Shown here in pieces: positions 15,001 to 19,868 of a stretch of 30,619 bases of DNA. Each line of letters starts with the position of its first letter. Positions within the stretch are counted from its first letter, which is position 1. The translations under genes and the position numbers were made by a program. The notes beneath the pieces are model-generated. The model did not search any database. It was not told the origin of the DNA and saw only the letters and a list, made by a program, of their open reading frames with translations. Source of the DNA: Elusimicrobiota bacterium (GTDB lineage Bacteria > Elusimicrobiota > Elusimicrobia > F11); contig JBJXGI010000045.1 of NCBI GenBank assembly GCA_046153645.1, forward strand, positions 1 to 30,619. Direction: 5' to 3'.

Positions 15001-16290
15001 GGTTGCCGGCGATGGTTTCAGTTGTATTATTCCAATGCTCCGACATGCTATTGAATAAACCAGCGCTATTATTCCACCATTGGTTTGATGTCAAATCTTT
15101 AAGGGCATATTCCACAACATCAATCCCACCTTGGTTATTATCCTGAGCAGTTCCTGTAATATTGCTCAAGCTATTAATATATCCACCATCGATAGGACCA
15201 GTTACCACTGAATTCGGACGTTCCGGAGAAGCTTGATAAACATCGTAAGTAAATGTGGCTGTTGAATAAGCTGTCGACACATTACTCGCCCTGTCATATG
15301 CTCTGGCTTCAATACGATATCGAATATTATTCGTCCACGTGGGAGAAGTAAAACTCCAAGAAGTGCTTCCATTTAATGGCGTCCAATTATTGGTTCCCGT
15401 ACTAATATAAGTTGCGCCAATTTCATCATAAATCCGAATTTCGATTCCCGTCGAAGTTCGAAGGCCAAAATTGTCACTGGCAGTCCCACTGATCGTTGTT
15501 AATGAAGAAAGCCAGGACGGTGCAGCAGTATCAGGAGCAATAATTCCAATTGTGGGAATAGCGTTGTCATAAATAAAAGTAAATGTCGTCGGATTGGTTT
15601 GGTAGGACCCTGTTCCATCTTTTCCACGAACCCGAACATAATAACTGGTATTTGAAAAAGTGAGGCCCGCACTTAATGTGTTATAGGCCCACGTATCCCA
15701 GGGAGTGGGGTTACTGGCTGTTGACGATGCTGTAATCCAATACTCGCTGACCGTTGTCCATCCCGGGAGTGTCGGGTCCCACCAGGCATTGGGTATTGTG
15801 TCACGTCGAATACTGATTTCAACAGAAGTCACTCCAACATAATTATCAACGGACGTTCCCGAAATGGTGGGGGCTGAATTCACATATTGACCTTCACTGT
15901 GAGATGTCACCGTCGCCGTAGGAGCACTGATATCATAACTAAAAGTAAAAGTTGAAAAAGTTGTGGCTAAATTTCCTTGAATATCTTGCGCTCTGACATT
16001 AATCGTATAGTCTCTCGCATCTGTCCAGGTTGCGGTAGGATAACTCACTGTATAAGTCCAAGAGGATGTATGAAGAGATGCACTAAACCAAGTATCAGAA
16101 CCACTCCATGCAGCTCCGGTCCAATAATTATTATCTGTAGCTCTTTTTAGTCTTAGTTGGACAATACTTGTTCCGCTATTATTGGTGCTTCCATCCGAAT
16201 GGATTCCTGATAAAATTATAAGCGAATTATACTGACCTAAATGGGCAGGAACTTGAATAGCGCTGGTTGGCGCAGTAACATCTCGAGACC
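1..16290 (-). repeat. Array of ~43 degenerate Ig-like (bacterial Ig/Big-type) domains, ~108-151 aa each
   Basis: Counted by hand from domain-start motifs, e.g. DVTAPT ~16283, YDISAPT ~15935, FDNTAPV ~8671, FDTQAPD ~5749, FDSSAPV ~1848, IDNTPPI ~1063. Mean spacing ~380 nt. The repeats are visible at protein level only, not as DNA tandem repeats. Confidence 0.8.
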
Positions 16291-19045
16291 AGGCAAAAGA
16301 AACAGGTTCAAAACCGTACAAGATATTAAAAGTGCGTCTGAGCATCGAACTTCCTAAATAATTTGCCGCAGGTGAAACCGACCAGGGATCTCCGTCCCAT
16401 GTAAATCCCAACATGTTTCCATAATAAGTATCGACGTAAATATTGATGTTATCTGAATAGGGATCAGCATAGGCTTTGATATTTTCAGGAATTCCTTGTG
16501 TATCAGGAACAGTGCCCGGAACTGTCCAGGTAGAAGCTCCGACTCTCCACCAAGCGTTTCTGAGATTTGTTGCGCTATTATCTGCAGCAAAGGCGACGAC
16601 TTGATCCCCATTCCCTTCCCAGGCAATATCAAAGGATCCTTTATTGGTCACATCTCTTAGTGATGCCCATAACCGAGAAACTTGTCCGCCACTAGAAGTG
16701 GTACCCCATGTCGTAGAAGTGCTCCACCACACATTAACGTAAAGATCTGAAAGATTAGTGGCAGCGGCCATAGCAATATTATTTGAGTTTGGTTGAGCTG
16801 TTAATTTAATTTGATAAATACGAGTTGTTGCCAGAGAATCTACGTCTCTCCCCGCATAACCGGGACCAGCAGGGACATCCCATGTAGTGGCAGATGAAAC
16901 CCAAAACGCATAGCGGAAAGTATCATTATTATCTTCTGCCCAAACCACCATCGCACGGGAATTAGTAGATTCATAAACAACATCAAAAGGTTGATATCGT
17001 GGCACATTGGCCCCACCAGCCCTTTCAGCACTACTCGTAATTTGTTGAATATTTCCAAAAGCAGAACCATCCCACACATAACCAAAAATATCAGGAGAGG
17101 CTTGGTTATCAAGCGTCAAAACAACAATCTCATTTGAAGAAAAACCAGGGTTTGACTCTGTTGTAATCCACCATGGCGTTCCGACCTGCCCCCCAGTTCC
17201 AGGAGCATCTTGTTCAGCACTCCAACTTCCGGATCCTGATGGATCCCATATTCGATATTTAGGCGGTGAAGACCCAACTTTTGTATATACAAGTAAGGCC
17301 TCTCCAGAGGCATTCTCATAAGAAATGTCAAACGATCTCGAAAAATTAAAATCAGAAGCGCCACCAGCCCCTAAACCCGTCGCTATTTGAGAACCGCTGC
17401 TCCATCCGGAACCACTTCGCCAAGAATAAGCCGTTAAAGTTCCACTGGAGTCTAACACCGCCATTAATTTTTCGTCGCGACGAGGAGAAGCTTTAATAAC
17501 TGAATATCGAATCGCCCCCGGCACCTCTGAGCCCGGGTTGGTTTCAGTGGAATATCCCGAAAAACCATATTGTTTGATATTGGGTCGCCCCGTGTATTCC
17601 GCATAAACAAGTAAGTTTCTGTCGAAAGCAAAAGGACGATAATAATCGAAGGTGATTTGGTTACTTTGTTTACTAAAGGTTCCAAGGGTTCGAGCACTGG
17701 CATTGTAGCTTCCTATATATAAAGCAGGTTCACGGCGAACACCGGCTGCTGTAGCCGCATAACTTTCTCTGGCCACAACAGCCATTTGAATTTCATTTGT
17801 AGAGGTACCGGTAGATGTGATAATAATTCCATCATAGTTAGAGATATTAGAGTCAACTGCCGGAATAACTACTGGTTCACCCGACCAACCTGAACCGGTC
17901 CATTGATTACAACGAACTGAATTCGTTAAAGCCGCTTCCACATAACAAACGACAAATGAACTGAGCTGCGTGGTCCAAGCTCCATCAAACATTGCTCCCT
18001 GATGCAAAACTGCGGTTAAATTTGTTTCTAAATTATCTGTCCAATTAACAAAGGCAGCCCCGTCCCAAACTGCCCCTGATATATCATAGCTAGCGCCTGT
18101 TTCTTGAATAATAAGACCAATTCTATCTGTACCTGCCTGCGGAACAGCGCGAAACCAACTGGAATCAACTCCCATATTGCTACCATCCGCGGCAGCCGGT
18201 GTGCTCCAAGCCGAACCATTCCAGAGATCTCCTTGCGGAGTAGTGTTTCCATCAATACCATACCAAACATACAAATCACCACTTAATTGCTCATACGCAA
18301 TGTCGAAGTTTCTTAACGTTGAATACTCTGCAGTGCTAGTAAATGTTCTGGTATTAGCAAAAGCAGACCCATTAAATGTGGCGCCGGAAATATCATTGTT
18401 GGCATCAATCGTTACAACTGCCACTTCTGTTGACCGACTTACCAAAGGACATTTCTCCGCTCTCACCCAATAAATTCTGCCGGCATCATTTGTCCCCCAT
18501 GTAGTGGCCCCACTCCAACTGGCTCCATCCCAAGTCACAAATTGCATATGATTAGTTCCCAGCGTATTTGTAGGATGAGGGAAAAATATAGTCGCGGCAT
18601 TAGAAGAATATGCGACATCAAAAAATCGATAAATACCAAAACCAAAATTGGATTTATCTGTGTCGGTAAAATCATCGGTGAGCGATTGAACGTTCCCCCA
18701 CTGAGTTCCATCCCACACCTGAGCCACCAACCGGCATTGAGAATCTAACGTCACCATGATTTTTTCATTAGGCCGATCACCACCACTCGGAGCAGATTTT
18801 ACGACGACATGTGTAATAACGCCCTTGTTGGGTTCAGACCCTGGTGCTGTTTCAGCACCTTTATAACCGGTATCCCACGTGGTTCCAGTAAAACTACTAA
18901 TAGTGACTCTTACATCACCGCCAGCCGAAATTAAATGCCCCTCTGTTGTAGCAAAAGAGTTTTTATTCAATAACGAAATCAAAGAAATAAAAACCAAAAA
19001 GGTTTTTAGAAAAAAAGAAACGAAGTTTCGTTTCATTTTTCTCAT
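1..19045 (-). CDS. Giant secreted/surface repeat protein (>=6,348 aa, 3'-truncated by window edge): signal peptide + tandem beta-propeller-like domains + ~43 Ig-like repeats
   Basis: ATG at 19045 (in-frame alternative 19036) gives MRKMKRNFVSFFLKTFLVFISLISLLNKNSFA|TTEGH..., a Sec-type signal peptide. The same frame reads ...PAWADDTEYILNARTLDLA at the window's first bases. The ORF track lists no stop-terminated ORF in this frame, and spot translations throughout are open and repeat-like. Recurrent motif: (F/Y)DxxxP...ISGTAxD...YWxGxxW/F...WxY...YxxxxRAxDxAGN...TFTFD. Confidence 0.93.
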   Translation of the reverse strand, partial: MRKMKRNFVSFFLKTFLVFISLISLLNKNSFATTEGHLISAGGDVRVTISSFTGTTWDTGYKGAETAPGSEPNKGVITHVVVKSAPSGGDRPNEKIMVTLDSQCRLVAQVWDGTQWGNVQSLTDDFTDTDKSNFGFGIYRFFDVAYSSNAATIFFPHPTNTLGTNHMQFVTWDGASWSGATTWGTNDAGRIYWVRAEKCPLVSRSTEVAVVTIDANNDISGATFNGSAFANTRTFTSTAEYSTLRNFDIAYEQLSGDLYVWYGIDGNTTPQGDLWNGSAWSTPAAADGSNMGVDSSWFRAVPQAGTDRIGLIIQETGASYDISGAVWDGAAFVNWTDNLETNLTAVLHQGAMFDGAWTTQLSSFVVCYVEAALTNSVRCNQWTGSGWSGEPVVIPAVDSNISNYDGIIITSTGTSTNEIQMAVVARESYAATAAGVRREPALYIGSYNASARTLGTFSKQSNQITFDYYRPFAFDRNLLVYAEYTGRPNIKQYGFSGYSTETNPGSEVPGAIRYSVIKASPRRDEKLMAVLDSSGTLTAYSWRSGSGWSSGSQIATGLGAGGASDFNFSRSFDISYENASGEALLVYTKVGSSPPKYRIWDPSGSGSWSAEQDAPGTGGQVGTPWWITTESNPGFSSNEIVVLTLDNQASPDIFGYVWDGSAFGNIQQITSSAERAGGANVPRYQPFDVVYESTNSRAMVVWAEDNNDTFRYAFWVSSATTWDVPAGPGYAGRDVDSLATTRIYQIKLTAQPNSNNIAMAAATNLSDLYVNVWWSTSTTWGTTSSGGQVSRLWASLRDVTNKGSFDIAWEGNGDQVVAFAADNSATNLRNAWWRVGASTWTVPGTVPDTQGIPENIKAYADPYSDNINIYVDTYYGNMLGFTWDGDPWSVSPAANYLGSSMLRRTFNILYGFEPVSFAWSRDVTAPTSAIQVPAHLGQYNSLIILSGIHSDGSTNNSGTSIVQLRLKRATDNNYWTGAAWSGSDTWFSASLHTSSWTYTVSYPTATWTDARDYTINVRAQDIQGNLATTFSTFTFSYDISAPTATVTSHSEGQYVNSAPTISGTSVDNYVGVTSVEISIRRDTIPNAWWDPTLPGWTTVSEYWITASSTASNPTPWDTWAYNTLSAGLTFSNTSYYVRVRGKDGTGSYQTNPTTFTFIYDNAIPTIGIIAPDTAAPSWLSSLTTISGTASDNFGLRTSTGIEIRIYDEIGATYISTGTNNWTPLNGSTSWSFTSPTWTNNIRYRIEARAYDRASNVSTAYSTATFTYDVYQASPERPNSVVTGPIDGGYINSLSNITGTAQDNNQGGIDVVEYALKDLTSNQWWNNSAGLFNSMSEHWNNTTETIAGNPSITWTTTLSDDSQLVTGRDYAIYSRANDKVTPDPGNYEVTFTTNTFMWDVVRPTTSITVPGTGGFPPSSYLTGSATFYGGYYDGASGVVTNPTCLNRNDNTLTTSRIEYLLSNQSVNPAQYWKPDYDASQNPLWTGAWVTTIPTDWPDVCVFASSWSVPTPDMSSFNGNYFLLVTRAQDRATNVQNSFTVGVASNSFTVDVQAPDARITVPLQSYRNSLPTISATASDNVQSVSLVEVQISSKSAGSCPGDASCRYWTGTAWSSVESWVPASPAGGSNWQHTVSTSIGFVDARDYTVKVRATDGSGNTGNTAPGADQTKTFTWDVTTPTTLLDKRNGGAASSLANNSAYNSITSLGGTAADTSPGLVQLVDMYIKQGDVVGDGSGLYWDGSSFNAVGSPTWFSSLFATPNFSTATPSIPWTNGQVYWFRSRSQDFASNQEGSGTGGSIIKVNYDTERPVSRITNVTNASFINGLTTLSGTSSDVGTGPNPGRAENVYVHVYRPAPSDLTYNWNTSSWVSGDNGAAVSDPALSVYWTTAAYSPYVALGASGTWTRAMPSLIGLSGNSFRLVVRAKDWATNIEVVPSTITFTLDEYQVGPPERPRGVITYPTDDLHTISTFPYTTGNGEDNVGGQLTSIGVMIRRFNNDGSTNYWNGFSWAGAEPGSWPASTADDGSFNSNSEAFTFAMPPLADWTDDTRYDVRARAFDAGGNQTLVQFSTKTFTYDVIRPDTRITFPVNSGYISQIGNISGTASDTGAGVVDRIETRVRRYSDNKYLDITGGLPGSWVTDITSNTWNYEVPSGTGPWTWSLSTAAWTTGETYEASSRARDKSLKYDLSYSTVVFSADFVAPISKVVSPSHGGSPSSINTISGTASDGAGISSVYVAYYRQSTDRWWNKITGDFDLNAGGTIPPDSPSGGSSYWVSASTIPGSPVTWYTIGTSTPTFPAAGTYDILSSAIDIASNIEARPTSAGANTNRISFSYTPPIPESRIQRPDNTTPHFRASLAAVSGTANSVATGVSFRMKDITISASHLTWNGTAFVSTVTFNGFVGSTYTFPTWSYTVPASSFTNLGKYQIESQALGSPNESPFQGPNEFYIDDTNPTAAVLMPDVDYKKTLPTLSGTAADNADGLTGAQKTVYFRLRRTVPSTQYWVSISSSWVADGGVNCLSAIDDSCLTATSGGGNNYSITHSSFTDLQAFEAGKAYTVSIVVRDRATNGTTVNKTFTWDTTSPTSGITRPSGSSPVNSLPTLSGTASDNFQVLAASVSLQSLKNDKCFDPGTNFFTANCPYWIDTSTDGSANWQYSNANINVRLGESNTWYVMLSKVKDVATNEQSGFSAGVSSVAFIADTQVPIVGVTFPAHNGNYKGTQVGGGGSPLTGTVSDPNSPWNSGIRRVQTRVSYLLANDTWYWQPADIKFSSGAAVSASGWFNAANTDWEYFGSFTWNASDTQYRLEARSEDASFLADGAATGNTSVPSGVGSDIVDFIIDDTPPTVGIVTPSSAFLQNLTLISGTANATLSGLNNLQIRISTGVGSPYYWTGSSWTTTVTWLNTILDSQTVWHYDVSSFMVADTTYTVSARALDNAGNYSTVFSTRIFTVDLTTPTAAITYPVNGNVYSAVQVSTPIAGTASDAGSFASQLSTVTISLRDLTDVDDFNGTAFAGGGPFNLGANGGVITSWQYNSGNLVLENDHQYRLTARAVDNAGNSVTTSNVTFQYDVEIPTSSITSPVAGYVTSLTSIAGTASDERFGARNYEAKLGTYTIGVAFYDSVAIKWWDGSSFDGAGPTYFEVVNTTTAFPNTWSYSVPGALQSALIDGRTYRIVPRAVDLAANAEFASSTAPAGIGINVIYDPNAPAVSIVTPNDATPADDNSPRLSTMSILSGNPYFGGSTADGTGTGVNLVQVRIYKSDPARYWTFGIDYSVSAYTIDTSLADTAWFTATTTNSFANWYTTFTFLTDYKYHLEVRARDQAGNYSTTFATASFIFDQNIPQSGITLPVNGSIIKSFTQIEGTMSETGVRYLGTVSPVKLAIKENTSGLWWDDLAGTFSLAGPPTTDNVTLYSSSWAFTGIVQGDLTSGVSYYMTSRAYDNAAPVNNETFYSVRSATFTFDNTAPVVVLNSPSDGIFFNNSTALISSGTAIDATSGVQTVQVNINNGSQYWSGTHNAAGNFTGSVNYVTADFSGNPNWIFTIPIAQLNEDFVHNTTYYVQARAWDIAGTTSAFTAVKTIVYDVGSPTSTVTSPVNYINASQTVISGTAIDNPARVATVQLAISSSASGSNGTWYNGTGFTANFGDGGTYRSTILTQNGAGAGIDLWTFSRPTLEQGKTYLVRLITTDTAGNVRTQTIGESVTLIYDENDPTAFIQDPNQAYEKSLPTISGTSQDSNTAITQVQVAISTGTSAPYTDQFWNGSSWVAGPSITWLSASATDGSFNSTSEDWYFTGSTPTWVNNKIYKVHVRPVDSAGNNTTVVVSTFTYDNTPAVSAVVVPSNLSAYRALALVTGTMSDSPNPAPQTVEIALRHPNATFWDGATFIGDDLNPVWLSAASVFGSSWTFTNLPSSWDDRTIYKLFVRAIDLANNSVANPDFANTGRQFRIDYSSPVSKVSSLSTVTTNYVNGPISSVSGTASDLAGGAGINTVNIRVLRSDGNYLNAAENGFNGASSNFPLTTTNGTSWSKTFSDPPSAIFEDGYAYTIQSRATDLSSPTNTEQTFTSAYFVVDQSSPTSAVVSAQGGYFNNSLTTLSGTLADAGTAPGNIASSVQYIDLKIFDGSEMGNPWWDGTSWVAGTISTRAVVYSSTWVYNNVPGDWSHGTGVDSRWYQFHVRAVDYAGNTQSYAIITSTYDVRPGTAVILTPNTAIVSALPTISGTATDSVFGTNSLANVEISIQRDSDNRWFRFSDDTWNPSGSNIWNSVDSYNGGNGNWNIDTSAPGIWENLVGYGIYVRALDKAGNYQSSQVYPSTFSFVFQPPASVVAINKPIANKFYRLNLSEITGTANAATTVVEVQIESLSAPVNKYWSSVSQTWVAASTYTRANALAVPNWTWNSSVPASGDWYIHAASFTVRARGVNTATLTGAQVSQTFGFDTQAPDVFISQPLTAFTSYFAQILGTANDQVNLAGINNVEIDIQRTNKADTTAADDYYWDGSTFTLTRPNLSSNISLASPNLWNWNYTIAYSTMIQNGYKYKIYYLAQDDAYHSGTNTIDGNQSGEQTLTVVYDITIPTATITAVTNGSVRSSVSIASGPVTDLLGAGQNLSAQGLGQVSDVYLRLKRNSNGSFWSGADWQAGPTPIDLNATLHISSWSYSSLPDFSQAIYNKETFTLMVSAKDRAQNLNNLYVSGTSSVTFTVDNQPPSISISLPTSNAIRRQLLNIAGSVDDNTSTDYPYNAGINATSNVDVVVYTVISATTYYWNGTVFSSATTEGASWKTVDSYTGLGASSGTWTYNALDNLKMDPPTVMNGWITDRAYTVKARARDNALPTPNLGSETVSFNVVIDTTPPVSGVTRPNSSPIASLATISATANADLGGFGNIKFSIRDHDNNYFNGSSFVSVSEVYIDTKTFTGQTGNVVYTSTFVTSGNLISGSTYTIRIFGTDAALPTANTQVGGTPGSYSFLFDNTVPETLTISVPVNNGSYGPAQTLTSFTGTSVDNHSGMNRLELELYNVTDSFYWGGTSFNQVSSTWVSISTPFASWSYSAPTWLVNKNYQLRVRAIDLAGNVSTSSVVSFIYDSTSPIVSSILNPSQLYQAGGTLTVLSGTANDGLANPRSGLQIISVAIFDADDGDSDKWYSGTNAAGFNQTVASWRTTSSTITLASSSAPWSYPFGADQIPSWENGHQYELHARARDVSQNMSAVVVSTFVYDPTIPTGVITKPFDDPGADYESSLNTISGTAADTTGGPRSGVISQVQIRLRHIGGNVWWDLAEPGGPNWDSDASLNDNTAWIAASSTNSFTNWYFTGSTPTWVSGQSYGVSLRVQDSAGNYSTVSYSTFTFDTNLPQSVVTNPSPGSVVNSLNVSGILGTAADTGSPVVSMRVAIKKLDDGLWWNAIDDDFTSASGSPLFRSGVTFVAPDWNYPTASLGNDDLVSGTSYYITSEATDSAGNVENDFATGASTFTFDNTSPVTGVTRPLSGGVIYSAEPYYSSLATLSGTADDISTLPLAHNLNAGIGSTGVKVSIYNQDTGFYWAQGAANFSEADISSSFVNATFTGTSSGTWSYAGTGFNAALTHGHTYVVRSSATDLISNVQVVISSQVFVFDSSAPIVSLVLPAHSVSRNSLTQITGTARDYPIVLKRVGMSSIQLQIIDLGNNHAIGGSGANQDTYWDGVSTFTTTSSTVSISISGQGAVTWSYDNPDDMLQSGHTYRMVATALDALNNTSQQSVSQFVFDSSAPVSNVTRPQEGIGYNGTTNTLLTISATSDDLPSSPLASVGVDPTKVKITVRRDDNNNNVSDVGDLYWDGEYPGAFDEVGEVIKVLNFDGGNIFSTAAPTWVSGYRYFMEIWAEDNLGNAESRTTRRFTVDNLPPTSAVTVPTDNASLQSLATVSGTASDITSSIAGVNVTLRDLGPNLVVGGGDDLYWSSLSGWINTSTQITANLIDVYTTSATWNLTTAGNKLPGSWPSGRIFNLIPQARDSAENIQNVFSTSTFKIDNTPPIAGIIQPAHNSGFNSLSTISGTAEGTEVAPNLDFSTIQAVYLQVINISTSPVKYWNGSLFTTSVSTRTAVFTGVSSGTWVYEDASINSQFVSGNQYLVLAWGVDSAGNTQSVFTVGISSNVFFYDNVPAVAAISIPQHQKPYNTFTSFNGTATDDFSGVNQVNLTISYISSGNTYYWNGAAFSSSTYVTVPSSVVPQNATSVSWSYNTASILPLLVNGTQYSIFARAGDRSSNFEATGSTNTFLFDIAYGTAVITTPQGVGVYHSPANPLPTISGTAVDAPVHAFSGVLRDEVRIRRDPPGNEFWNGSAWVVNSSTWLVTTGTTSWSITAPAWADDTEYILNARTLDLA
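16290..18950 (-). repeat. Two tandem ~430-aa Trp-rich beta-propeller-like units in the giant protein N-terminus
   Basis: Internal duplication: VVKSAPSGGDRPNEKIMVTLDSQCRLVAQVWDGTQW (~18800-18700) vs VIKASPRRDEKLMAVLDSSGTLTAYSWRSGSGW (~17500-17400). Recurrent blade-like motifs FDVAYS/FDIAYE/FDISYE/FDVVYE/FDIAWE and WDGxxW/F. Confidence 0.65.
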
Positions 19046-19764
19046 TTTTCTTCACCTGCCATTTTTCGAACACTGAGATCAGAATCTTTTCGAAGTTGTT
19101 TGAGTAACTTTTTGGCTTCTGGTGTATGGAATTGTTTGACAGAAAAAGAAATTTGCCGTCTTAAATCGGCATTGGAATCTTGGGAAAATTTTTCTAAAGA
19201 TAAAAAGGCTTCTTTCGAATGGCGCGCCACACCCAACGAAAGCGCTGCTGCTAAACGAACAGACATATCCTGATCTTTTTCTAAAGCAAAACCAAGAGCA
19301 GAAATAACATCAGGATTTGACACATAATTTCCTAAATCTTGAGCAGCTCCTTGACGCACAACCGCTGAAGCGTCATTTCTTAAATTTGTGATCAAAACAT
19401 CTTTCGCGGCCCCTAAATCGTTTTTAACCAAGGCTTGCTGAAGTTTTAATTTTTGAAGGGGTTTTTTCTCACTTAAAATCATTTGACTTATTTTTCTTTC
19501 AGAAACAGGCGCTAAACCGGAGCGGGCAGCTTCCATGGCGCCTAAACGTTCACCTGGATTTTTACTTTCTAAGGCTTGCTCGGCAGTGAGAGGTCGAAAA
19601 TTATTTTGGGCGAAAAGAATGGAGCCACAGGAAACGAATACAAACGAGAAGAGCATTAAACCGGTTGAACAAACTTCGAGAGAGGAAAAAATAAATTTCA
19701 CGTACGCCTGCGCGCGCGCGAAAATATTATTTTTATATATATACAAGTTTGAAAAATTTCTCAC
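19042..19764 (-). CDS. HEAT/PBS-lyase-like repeat protein with N-terminal hydrophobic (signal/anchor) segment
   Basis: Repeats LRNDASAVVRQGAAQDLG, LEKDQDMSVRLAAALSLG, SQDSNADLRRQISFSV, RKDSDLSVRKMA. Hydrophobic segment GLMLFSFVFVSCGSILFA. GTG start with GAGGAG 7 nt upstream. The stop overlaps the giant gene start (ATGA). Confidence 0.85.
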   Translation of the reverse strand: MRNFSNLYIYKNNIFARAQAYVKFIFSSLEVCSTGLMLFSFVFVSCGSILFAQNNFRPLTAEQALESKNPGERLGAMEAARSGLAPVSERKISQMILSEKKPLQKLKLQQALVKNDLGAAKDVLITNLRNDASAVVRQGAAQDLGNYVSNPDVISALGFALEKDQDMSVRLAAALSLGVARHSKEAFLSLEKFSQDSNADLRRQISFSVKQFHTPEAKKLLKQLRKDSDLSVRKMAGEEK

Positions 19765-19769
19765 TAATA

Positions 19770-19868
19770 AACTCCTCTTCGCTTAAAACCAAGAACTGCA
19801 GGAAACATAACTCATCCCCAAAAAATGGGATAACGTAATACAACGGCTGCACGAAGCGAAGAGGAATC
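19770..19868 (-). promoter_or_regulatory. Structured intergenic RNA sequestering the Shine-Dalgarno of the HEAT gene
   Basis: Perfect 12-bp inverted repeat tcctcttcgctt (19773-19784) / aagcgaagagga (19854-19865), extendable to 15 bp on the mRNA with G-U pairs. Inner stems UGCAG/CUGCA (19847-19851/19797-19801) and UUAUCCC/GGGAUGA. The 3' arm contains GAGGAG (19772-19777). Confidence 0.75.

Noticed and set aside
1..16290. Possible CRISPR array, DNA tandem repeat or diversity-generating repeat pair
   Set aside because: The periodicity is visible only in protein. I saw no near-identical nucleotide repeats and no cas or reverse transcriptase gene in the window.
181..19076. Dozens of 60-130 aa ORFs on both strands in the ORF track
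   Set aside because: All overlap the giant reading frame in an alternative frame or antisense and have no recognisable motifs; they are shadows of its codon bias.
19770..19868. Intrinsic terminator, MITE or known riboswitch reading of the stem
   Set aside because: The ~70-nt enclosed region is too large for a typical terminator, and the following UUUAUUA is a weak U-tract. No target-site duplication flanks it, and I recognised no known aptamer consensus. Not formally excluded without an Rfam search.
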